Positions 52,330 to 64,000 of a stretch of 64,000 nt of DNA are shown piece by piece. Under the pieces are notes generated by a model, which saw nothing but the letters and a program-made list of their open reading frames with translations, was not told the DNA's origin and ran no database searches. The position numbers and the translations under genes are program-made. The DNA lies in the NCBI RefSeq assembly GCF_009914755.1, contig NC_060937.1. The stretch is one strand, 5' to 3'. Origin of the DNA: the human T2T-CHM13v2.0 reference genome, Homo sapiens. Each line of letters opens with the position of its first letter. Within the stretch, counting starts at the first letter, position 1.

Positions 52330-52520
52330 GGTAGTGACGACGACAGCTCACCTGAGTGTTTGTTTACCAAGCATCAGGCACCCAAGAACTTGATGTGGAC
52401 TGACACATTTAGGTCTCCCAGCAGCCCTGTACATACTAGGTACTGTTATTAGACTCATTGTATAAATCAGCATACATAGGCCCTAAATATTAAGTAACTC
52501 ACAAACACTCAGGGCGCAGA
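52330..52520 (-). mobile_element. MIR
   Basis: acatttaggtctcccagcagccctgt ... taggtactgttatta ... ttaagtaact. Confidence 0.6.
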
Positions 52521-52889
52521 GCCCAAGCTCCCAACCAGCCACGGAGCATGGATGCTCACCTTCCATCCCAGCGTCAGCTGTGTGGAGCCTGCTCAGCTCC
52601 ATTAAGTGTGTGATTTGTGCAAGGACCTCCCAGTTCCCTCCAGAAAGCCCCAAAATTATCCCAGTGTTATCTCTGAAGAAAAAAGCACCAGGTCATAGCA
52701 GGATCCTGATAAGACTTGCAAGCAGGCTCAAAAATGGCCTTGCTCTTCCTGAACACCCCCGTTTCTTGCCTTAAACAAGAAAATAAAAGCCAATGTATGA
52801 TAAAATTATAGGTGTTCAACTATCAAAATCCCTACTTCTTGAAGAGATGTATAGAGATGTACATCTCTATACAAATATCTCTATACACA

Positions 52890-53570
52890 TGCCATGTATT
52901 TGTTTGGCAAGCATTTACCGAACACCTGCTATGTGCCAGGCCAATGCTAAAGGCTGTACACAAAGAATATCATCTCTAGTAGCTGATCGCAGGGTTTTTC
53001 TAATGTAGTGCAAGCCTCGGATAAGTAAACTGGCATTTATAGTACCATACTCCATGCGGATAAGCCCAGAGCATCAAGCAAGGATGGAGAAGTTCCTAGT
53101 CTAGACAAGGAAGATCAGGGAAGGCTTTTCAGGGAAGAAAGATAAGGACTGGGATAGGGAGAGGACGATGGGACAGCTGGATTGAGACCTGAAGGCACAT
53201 CAGGAGTTCAGAAAGGTCTGGGAAGGGTGTTCCAGAAAAAAAGAAAGCATTCTTAGATGCCAGGGAGGGCCTGGCTTCCCATAAAAGGTTCCACATGGTA
53301 GGAGAGTACATTGAGAAGGAAGAACCCCGGAGGAAGATGGCTGGAGGCAGCCCAGTGGAGTTTGCAGAGCTAGGCATTTGGGCATTCCTGAAGGTTCTGA
53401 GGAAGTGACTTGAGCTTTTTTCCCCTTCAGAAGCATAGCAACATCAGGTTTGGTTTGTAACAAAGGCACACTGATGATGGCGAAATAGTTTTTAAAAGGA
53501 TTTGAGAAGGTAAATTAAAGGAGATCTGTGAAAACCCACTTTGAGTTTTTCAGGCAAGAAATGATGAAAG
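52890..53570 (-). mobile_element. L2 fragment
   Basis: caagcatttaccgaacacctgctatgtgccagg ... gatcagggaaggctt ... caggcaagaaatgatg. Confidence 0.7.
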
Positions 53571-53874
53571 CAAAGGTTGAATATTTTTTAATAAATAAGG
53601 ACAGAACAAAAAGGCATTTTTTTGAATAGGAGCAAGTAATATTTCTCCTATTCACTGCATTAGGTAAGAATGATTACTTCTATACCTTGACTATAACCTT
53701 TGGTAAATTAAAGTGTTTGAATCCCACGAGTGTTTCTGTGTTACCACCCACTCATCCTCAAAATAAAGCCCTGACCCGTGAAATATTTTGATAGGAGAAA
53801 AAAGTGAGTTGTGTTTATGTTTGGTCTTCCATACCTAAAATTAACTAGATCTACCTTTTTATTCTAAACTGTTA

Positions 53875-54336
<462 letters not shown>

Positions 54337-57329
54337 TTAAAGTAGCTTCTCTACATGCAAAAGATAGCTTTTGTATATGTACAGTAATCCCTGGTATTCA
54401 AAGCCCATATGAAATTCTTCTAGGCACATAACAAGTACTCCTAGAGTTAGTACATTTCTAGGCTTCTAAAATATTCATGAAATATTCTGCGAGTCCAGTG
54501 TTTCCTAATATGTTAAGAAAGTAGATTCTGTAAAGTGCTCATTAATGACAAGCAGTAAAAACTAAGATTCTTGGCCAGGAATTTATATGAGTTGCAATTT
54601 CAGAGACTCTATGTTTTTCTGTACTCTTTGCCAGAAACTCATTTTTAATATCTTCCTACCAAAGAGGAAAAAATAGAAACCTGAAATAATAGTCAAATTT
54701 ATGGGGAACTGCTCTGTCAGCAACCCAGGCCTTTCCTACCATCCCTATCAACAGATGGGCATGAAATGAGCTTGTTTTCCCCTCAAATAACTTGAAAGCT
54801 TTGTATTCCCTCCTTGTTTCTGTGCAGGGGTATATTTGCATTCGTGGGCATTCAGGTTTGGGGAGTAGATTTAATCTTCTGTCCTCCAGTAACTCTCCCA
54901 AAGACTTGCCTTCTGCCCACTTCAGAAAATTCCCATCGTTCCCAGAAGTTCAAGTTCACAAATGTCCAATTTACCCGTGAGTATCAGGAGCATTTATGTA
55001 ATGAGGCTTTTAAGATTTTCATCTTTCTTCCACATGATCTTAATCCGGAAAACTGTAAACTGTTTAGACTAAGAACTTCAACATAAGCTGCTTCCAACAT
55101 AAAAGCTGAGATGCAGCAAGTAAGAATTCAGCTTTTTTTTTTTTTTTCTGGTCTTTCCATTCAGAGACATAAAACAACTTGAAAAAATTTTATTAAATAA
55201 AAGCAATGTAATCACTTCAGATGACATAACGTAATAGACATCAAAGATACACACAAATAAGATACGGGTTGCCGTCGTTGAACAACATAAAAGCATGCAT
55301 ACTTGCATTTGGATTTTGTTTTACATGCACAGGCTATATACAACAGATTTGCTTATTTGAGTCAGATGTGGCTTTTGGCAAATGACTGATACATTTTAGG
55401 TGGCCCTTTTAAAAAAATAAGAAAGCATTCGCCTTTTGTACGCTGAGAAGGATTTGATTTAAATAAGGGTCAACTGGTTTTATTTTTTTCTTGTAAAAAC
55501 TATTCCTAGCCCCTTACAATGCCCGAAGCCTTAACTTTTATATAGATCTCCCACCTGCTTGCAGAGAGGGAGGTAAGCAGACTGATTCAAGCTGCCTTTG
55601 CAAAGTGCAATTGTATACAGACAGTTATGGATCTGAGCGTGGGAATGAGTTCATGCTATCCTTTGGAAGATTCTTCGACTTCAAGAGTTATGGGCTACTC
55701 ATCATTACTGGCCAGTCCCCTAGAAGAATGAAGTTGTGGAATAGTTCCTTTGAAACATCCCAACATACCAGCTCACCTTCTGGAACATGTACTACCTCAT
55801 TATCAAATTTCCAGGGGCAGAACCCTTGAGAATTGCATTCCAAGGCAATGAGGCTTAACCAAAATTCTGTCACAGCTGATGCTTTCCACAATGCCTAGAG
55901 ATCAAAGCCAGGGGACATGGGCCAGGGCAGCAGGTGGATGTGTGTCTGGGCACAAGGAGCGAGAAGAAGCTCTGCACCACCCCAGCAGGCTGCTGAGCCA
56001 GAGAGCAACAGGTGTGGCTTCCAGGTGGGATCAAAGAGTCATTCGGATAGGATTTTGAAAAAACAAGTTGGCCCATTTGTGAGAGACACACCACAGTGCC
56101 TCAAAGCCACAACTTAATTATCATTTACCAGGAATATTTATTAGGGACGTGGGAGGCAAATGAGGGAGCTCCTAATTGTACCCTGTGTGACTTGAGTATT
56201 AAGCCAGCACCCTTTCTCATATGCTAACCCTTTGAGATAACTCATCTGGGTTGACTCCGTTTAAATGAACATTTCTTGTGATGATTCTAACCCTTTCACA
56301 TCAGAAAGAATGTGACAGAAGCTGGGAGAGAACCTATTTGGTAAATTATGCTTCATCCTACGGCATGTATATAAAAAAGAAAGGGTTATACAAGCAAACA
56401 ATTGTGGGTTGTTTCACGTTTCAGTGAAAGGAGAGAAGACACAAGAATGCCACAAAAGACCCTGAGGTTCAAAATATTTAGAAACTTTCTTTACTCTCCA
56501 AACAAAACCAGAATGGTAAAGGGAGGTGCAGAAATTAGAAACAGCCTTACCAGAGAATTGGCTGACTTTGTGGTTCAGCAACTGGTATCTGGCACACAAA
56601 GAGACAACTGCAATTTAATTCCCATATTCTTTTAGGTGTCTGAGACCCAGAAAGGGAGGGCTATGTCCTGAGAGCATAAAACATAATTTATCTGCCTCGC
56701 ACAGTTGAAAGGTCCCCAGATGGTGCCAAGAGCAGATTCCAGAAATCAGTGATGTTTCAGGAAGAAATCATTGTTTTGGTAAAGGTGTTGCCTGTGTCCC
56801 ATCCTCAACTTAGTGCCAAACAGAAATGAGGCAAATAAAACAAGATAAAAACTACTGAAGCTGTCAGAATGCTTGATTCCAACAGCTAGACAGCTCATCT
56901 CTTATCAAGCCTTTTATATGGCACGTAACAATATCAGCAAGGATGCAAAAGGCGTGGGCCCAAACGTAAGGATGCTCTCGGGGAAACTTTACTGAGCAGC
57001 TTCTACGTGTCAGGCTCACTAATAGGTACCAGCGACACAAGGAATATGCTATGAACCCCTGCCCACGAGGGGCTCGCACTGCAGAACAGCCCTCAGCGGA
57101 GTAGCCCTGAGCCTGATACTACGTTAAATAATTGAAAAGAAGCTGCAAAGGGGAACAAGTAGCAGTTGTGTTAAAAAAAATAAATAAATAAAAATAAAAA
57201 TAAAAAATAAAAATAGGATTAAAAAAAAATAAAAAAACACCAAGAAGGGAAAGGTTCACAATACCATTGACCAGAAATGGAAAGACGCATGAGAAAAAGA
57301 AAAGTCCCTCAGGCAGGGGAATGGCCCGG

Positions 57330-57668
57330 ATTACACTTGCTATTCCCTCTGCTTGGAATATTCCTCCCAGATCTTGCACAGTGGCTTCTTGTCTCAAAGG
57401 CTCAGGTCTCTGCTCAAATGGCCCTGCTCAGGGAGCCATTCCCTGGCCACCCTGTTTAAATACTTGCCCACTCCCAACCCTCTCCGGACCTCAACCTGCT
57501 TCATTTTCTTCATTGCGTTTATCACTCTAGGAATTTTAGATTTTTTATAAAATAATTACTTTTGTTATTTGTTCATTGTCATTCCTACTGATGTAGGTTC
57601 CATGAGGAAAGGCACTTGGCTTTTCCTACCTCAGTATCTTCAATATCCAATAAATGTTGGAATAATTA
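57330..57668 (+). mobile_element. L2a 3' end
   Basis: ttgctattccctctgcttggaat ... caggtctctgctcaaatg ... caataaatgttggaat. Confidence 0.8.
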
Positions 57669-58089
57669 ATAAAAAAAAGTCAGCCATATTCTATTAGTCT
57701 TGTTTTAGCAGGGCATTTGCTTCAATCACAGAAAAATAGAGCAATATTACTTGCCAGTAATAGAAGAGTGCTTCAATGCTAGCATTTTGAGCAAGTATGA
57801 TCTCTGTCTTATATACTTATCACAAGTACCACATATGTTCTGAGAGTTAACTCCAGACTGAAAACTCCAAAGCTCAGGAGACCATCAGCCCCCTCGCATT
57901 CTTCCACCCACTTCCTGTAAAGGCAGTATCACCAGACACTTTTGCTGATGAAAATCACTGTCTGAACAGCTTTATTGTCAATATTTTATTTAGAAAACTT
58001 AGTATCTTTTTAGGGAAATAAAAGGCTTCTCCTCCCACAGTCTCAAAAAGCTTACTACATTCTAAGGTGATTTTACTATGTGCTTGATA

Positions 58090-58290
58090 TCACCTGAAGG
58101 ATAGAAACCAAAAGATTCAAATTCAAGTGCTGCCTGGATTATCATCTGTGATCTAATGCTGAGTAAGTGTCTCTCTGTGTCAGTTTCCCTAGCTGCAAAA
58201 TTAGGGTTATAACAACTTCTCTCCTCTATCTCAAAGAGATGTGAAAGGATTAAAAACGATCACCTTTTTAATTAGTTTAGAACACTGCAA
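58090..58290 (+). mobile_element. MIR (further MIR/L2 fragments at 58510-58735)
   Basis: ctctctgtgtcagtttccctagctgcaaaattagggttataac. Confidence 0.65.
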
Positions 58291-58999
58291 TGTTAAGGAA
58301 GGTGTGACGGTCACACTGAATTGTATTCATCTTAACTTTCCAGAATACTGTGATGAAAAGAAATTAGAAACGAAGCTGCCGAGAGAAAACGCAGCCAGAG
58401 AATCCTCTGTGTGATGGATGGGGCTGGGGAGAATCAATGATAATAGTATACACATTGGACTTGGCAGGGATTTTCCTTCTAAAGAAGTTAAGTATTTTAT
58501 AAATATTATCTCTTTCATCCCTTTAAACTTCCAGTGATGTGGCATTTATTACTCTCAGCTTCCAGATGGACAACTAACCACAGAGAAATGTATGATCTTT
58601 CCAAAGGCACATGAGTGTCTGTGAGCTCAGTAAAATGGGCTTTGATTGATTCACTCATTCATTTGCTCGCTCACTCATTCATTCCACAGGAAATGCTGAG
58701 AATCCATTATGTCAGGCACTGCCCTCAGGACTTGGGGAGGAGATAGGGATGAATGAAACACGTCGTTGAGGCAAAGAGGCCAGCAGAGGCCAATATTGTA
58801 GGGAGAAGACGAAAGTGCTCAGATAAAGGGAAGTACATGGCTGTGACAGACAATAAATATATCATGCAGTCCTCAAAAATGATGACGATGATGTGTTTAA
58901 CCTTACGGAGACACGAATATGCCTCTATTGACATGAAACCACGTACAGCCTACACCACACACCACTAACTAACACACAGATTAAAAAAAGGAGAGAAGG

Positions 59000-60925
59000 G
59001 TCTTCTGGGTGTGTGCCCTTCTGGTAAATATATATTTATGTGTGTATGCATCAGAAAATAAATAAAGCTAGTGTTAAGCCATTAAAAAGATATGTCTGTA
59101 TATAGAATCATGATCATTTTCACTTTCTTTTTTATATCCATATATACTTTCTGAACATGTTTTCAGTAAGCATGTATTGAGCTTTAATGGAAATAGATTA
59201 CTTTGCTGATTATAAAATAATGTAAGTTTACTGACAAATATATCAAATGGGATAAAACAAGTTATTAAAATGAAAAATAAAAGTTTTCTCTTACTCTAAC
59301 TCTCAGAAATAACCAGTATAATTGATGTGATTTATTTAAACCCACAAGTTTTTATTCACATAGGTATATATTTTTAAAATGCGATTATGTCACAAAATAC
59401 TATACACATCTTTCCAGGTCAATATGTGAGGCTTTTTAATGTTTTTAAGGGACAGACTAAAATATATTTAACCAAATTCTTATTATTGGATTTTATGTTG
59501 TTTCTTTCTTATTTTCATTTTTAAATTTAACTGGCAGGCTGGCATTGTCTACCCGGGCGCATACATTCTTTTGGAACTCATCAGATTAGTTCCTTAAGAT
59601 AAAAATCCTGTAAGTGGGATTAATGAGTCAAAGAACATTTAAACCTTACTGATATGCATTGTCAAACAGTCATCTGAAAAGCTGTACAGAATACACACTG
59701 CTGCCTACTGTACACAAACGTACCTGACTACCACACCCTTTTTGTGTCCAGGATTATCATATTTTTCATTTATTCTCAGCTCTATGAAAAAACAGTCGTT
59801 GTTAGAATGTACATACACGTGCATCATTTGATCTGGGCATCCTTTCATAGGCTTACTTGTTGTTTCTTTCTGTTTCTTCTGGATATATTAGCCAATTCAT
59901 TCATTTTACCCACTTAGCTTCTGAAAGTTCTTCTTAGTATTGATTTCCACTAGATTTTTATATATTAAGAATAGGAAATATTTGCTAATCACATACCTTG
60001 CAAATAATTCCTGGAAGGAATGTTAAAGAAAGAAACGGAAGAAATATTCAAAATAAGTACAATTATTATTCTCAGGCTTGGAAAGATATAGTATATGCAA
60101 CTGTAATGTAAGTAAGCAGAAGCACATGAAACGGTGATTCTTCCAAAATACATTGAAAATATAAAATTATTTTTTGAGGGACATATTTAAGAACAAAAAT
60201 ATCACATCCAGGAGTTTAACCATACATCCAAGCGGTGTTCTAAAAGGAGAGAATGGGCGGAGACATGGAAAAAGAATTCTTATAAATAGAAAAAAATTAT
60301 CTGAACTTAAGATCAGAGAACAAGGAATTCCTAAGCTAAATATGATAAAGGCAAACAGACAAGGAAATTAAAAGCAGTTTTTTCCATAAATTAATCTATA
60401 AAATCCAATGTAAATCTAATAATAATCACTATTTTAAAAACTTTTCATCATTTTCTTTTTACAAATTTTGGCAACTAATTCTAAAATTTATCGGGAAGAA
60501 TAACTTTCAGTAAAGGCCACTGGAAGGGGTGATTTATTTAAAATCAAATGAAATATAAATCAATATAAACTTAAATAATATACTATTTGTACAGGAATAA
60601 GAAATCAATGGAGCAGAATAAGTGACAAACTAACCTACATGCAAAGGACTGTATCACATGAAAATCAAAATATTTTAAAACAGATTGCCTGTAAGTGATG
60701 TTGGATAATTTGTTACTTATTTGGAAAAATTAAATTGAATTTCTACTTCAAACCATACACAGAAACAAATTTCAAATGGATTAATGAGGTACAGAGTGAA
60801 AAATGGAATCCATGTATTAGTGAAAGCTGCAGGAGTATTTTTCTTTAGAATCTCAACATATGGATGAGTTCCTAAGAAAACACAAAATCCTGAAGCCATT
60901 TTTTAAAAAGACGGAATGCACACTT
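59000..60925. mobile_element. Cluster of highly degraded L1ME/L1M fragments in both orientations
   Basis: Antisense gtaagtgggattaatgagtcaaag (59610); sense ttctaaaatttat, aatcaatggagcagaata and cttcaaaccatacacagaaacaaatttcaaatggatt (60480-60790). Confidence 0.65.
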
Positions 60926-60947
60926 TGAGATTAAGTATTATTAATAT

Positions 60948-63505
60948 TGGTGGCAGAGTAAAGATGACCAAAATTATTAGCACTTCTTCTACTGAAAGGC
61001 AAATTCTATGACCCCTTTTCCCATCCCCCAAATCCTGGACGGCTCTGTTATTACTTTGAAAACCAGGACACTTTAGAATATGTTATACCAGTTTGTCTGT
61101 CTAGGCCCTAAGACAATGGTAGCTTCCACTTCCTTAAGCTTAGAACAACTGCTATTGGAAATAAGTTAATATTGTGTGAGAAACCAAAGCCACATTAAAA
61201 AGTCACTTGCAGATGCCTTGGCCAACAGCCATAAAAGAGCCCACAGGCAACAGACAACGTCAATGCCAGCCACGGGATTAAGGCAGCCATGGGATTATGC
61301 CAGCCATGGGATTATGCCATCCTGACATCCAGCCCAGTCAAGCCTTCAGACAATTCCAATCCCAGCTGCTGACTACAAGGACCTCAATGAGAACTACCCA
61401 TGTGAATCCAGGCAATCCAGAGAATTGTGAAATATAATAACTTGTGGTTAGAAACAACTACATTTTAGAATTTAGAACAAAAAAACAAACAAAAAAAAAC
61501 AAGAAAAGATAAATGGAACAAGATATGGTACCAAGTATGAGATCCTGCGGTAACAAATTCTACGTCATGCTGCACTGGCTCTGGGGCCCAATGGACAGAA
61601 GATGGAAGATCCTGAGAAGACTGTTCATGAGGGCTTCAGTGAGAGTGAAAACATTTTATTGGAGGCTGAAGAAAGGGCAGCCCCTATTACAAAGAAGCAG
61701 AACGTTTGACAACACTGTCACCAGTGGTAATGTGAAAAACAGAAAACAGATCTAACAAACTGATGGTTTTGGCTAAGGGCATTTCTAGTTAGAACATGGA
61801 ATGTACCAATTGCTTTTTTTTTTAATACTGTCATGTATGAAAAGCATAGGTAGCTGAGCTATTTTACTGTTCAGTTTTCAAGATAATTTTCAAGAAAGTA
61901 AATTGAAGGCAATATTTACTGGGATCAAAATTAAACTATTTCTCATTCCCAGTTGCTCCAGAGGGCAAAGGACCCACAAAATAAGAAATGATGTCAGGGC
62001 AAATGTCAAATCCCAAGCATGTTCAGTAGAGCATGGCTTCAGGGTGATGATTTTAAGAGTGTGGCTATACAAACTTTAACTGGAGGACATGATGTTAAGA
62101 ATGTTTTAAGTGTGTGCCTAGTAGGGCTTCAAAGAATCTTAAGGTCATCACCTTTAGACCTTCTCTCTTAGATAATAGGTACCATAAGAATCTTAAGTGC
62201 ATGCCTCAAGACTCTTCCAGCTAAACAAAAAAGCTTCTGAGGATCTTAAGGGTGTTGTCCCACAGTGCCCTGACTCTTGGCTTAAACAAAGAGCCTCTAT
62301 AGGTAAACTGTGAATATGTCTTTTGTGTAATGAAGTATATTATAATCTGATAGACAAGGAATCTGTAAAGTTTTTAAAAGGATTATATCAGCTTGGACTG
62401 AAGTGGTCATAGTACAAAATAAAGTGTTTTGGATCCCTACCCACCCTCCTAAACTACAATAAGCAGTAAGAAAGTAGAGGAAACATTCAGATGCTAACAG
62501 CTTATATTTTACGGAAACAGAAAGATGACTTGGAAGAAACAAGAAACCAAGACACAAGCCAAAAACCATGAAAAACCCTTCCTCAGAAACAGAGTAATTC
62601 AAAGAGTTAGCAATGTGTGCCCAGCTGGATTTCATAATTGCTATGGACCAATGACTGCCACGTGTCTTCCATTTCCCTTGTTTTCGAGTGATCATGTCAT
62701 TTGTGGTTTTTCTATGGCTGTCCAACACTGTATGTCAAGTGCCTGCATACAGATAACTTGTCTCTTTGGTTCACAGGTCATCAAATAGAGAAAACCCACC
62801 CCAGAGAAGGCTCATCTACACCTGGACCTGATTTAGACATTAAAACCCTGAACCATAGAACTTGAACTTAAAGCCGTAATGGTATGGAACTTCAGATGGA
62901 GGGTGTGTTAGGAAGTAAGGAGAGGCGGATAGGCAAGGTACATTTTGCATGGGGCAAATTATAAATAATTTGTGGTAAGAGAATGAATTCTAGTGAATTA
63001 AAGAGGGTCAATTTTTTTTTAACATTCTTCCTATTTCCTCCATTAAATTTGGAATGAGCTCTCTGACTGCTTTGAACAACAGATTATAAGAAGATGCTGT
63101 GCCATTTTCCATGCCCAGAATTTAGGAGCCTGCTAGCTTCTACAACCTGTTCCTTGGAAAACTTGCTCTAAAAAACCTGCCACCACCATTCTCTAAGAGC
63201 CCAAACCACATAGAGGGTCACATGTAGACACTCCAGCTGACAGCCCTAGCAGAGCCCCAGCTGAGCTCTCATGCAAAGAGAACATCCACGGCCACCACGT
63301 GCAGGAGCCCTCTTGGATTTTCAACCCAATGAAGCCTTCAGAAGACTACACCAGTGACCAACGGACTGTAGCTACATGAAAGACACTGAGCTAGAGCCTT
63401 ACACTTGTGCCCAGCAACCCTCAGGGCTGTGTATAAGACAATTCTTTTTTGACTTAAGTCTCTAAGTTTGGGGGTAGTTTGTTACCCTACAATAGATCAT
63501 TGATA
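60948..63505 (+). mobile_element. MLT1H-like MaLR provirus: 5' LTR ~60948-61520, internal ~61521-62988, 3' LTR ~62989-63505
   Basis: Two co-oriented homologous LTRs (tagcttc, aagccttcaga and gagccc motifs in the same order); internal region starts atggtacc; near-TSD aatat / aatac. Confidence 0.78.
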
Positions 63506-63506
63506 A

Positions 63507-63508
<2 letters not shown>

Positions 63509-63543
<35 letters not shown>
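63509..63543. repeat. (AC)n microsatellite, ~17 units
   Basis: Read directly from the sequence. Confidence 0.97.
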
Positions 63544-63547
<4 letters not shown>

Positions 63548-63674
63548 TTTCCAAATATATATATTTTCACATATGTATGTAAGTGTGTATATATCTGAAT
63601 ATGAAACAGAAAGAATTAATATTCATATTATGTAGATGACTGCTGCAAGTCAATTAAAAAAACAAAAGAACTCA

Positions 63675-63985
<311 letters not shown>

Positions 63986-64000
63986 GAGAAAAAATTAAAA

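Overview
This window is primate (human-like) non-coding genomic DNA. It is AT-rich, CpG-depleted and roughly half interspersed repeat. I find no supportable host protein-coding exon, CpG island or CRISPR-type structure. Every ORF in the track is repeat-derived (Alu, L1, L2, MaLR, mariner, microsatellite) or looks like a chance ORF. The content is 11 Alus, an inverted L1PA7-like insertion, a near-full-length dead HSMAR2 mariner, MADE1 and MADE2 MITEs, several hAT/Tigger MITEs, about 11 solo LTRs (many with intact TSDs, some nested), an LTR-internal-LTR MLT1H-like provirus, old L2/L3/MIR/L1M fragments and a 3'-truncated 5S rRNA pseudogene. Repeat family names were recognised by eye from remembered consensus sequences and need RepeatMasker/Dfam confirmation; coordinates of the old elements are approximate. 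I cannot identify the locus and cannot support a new biological system. The most notable items are unusual insertion architectures, several local fold-back (templated inverted) events, and a few candidate splice or regulatory signals.
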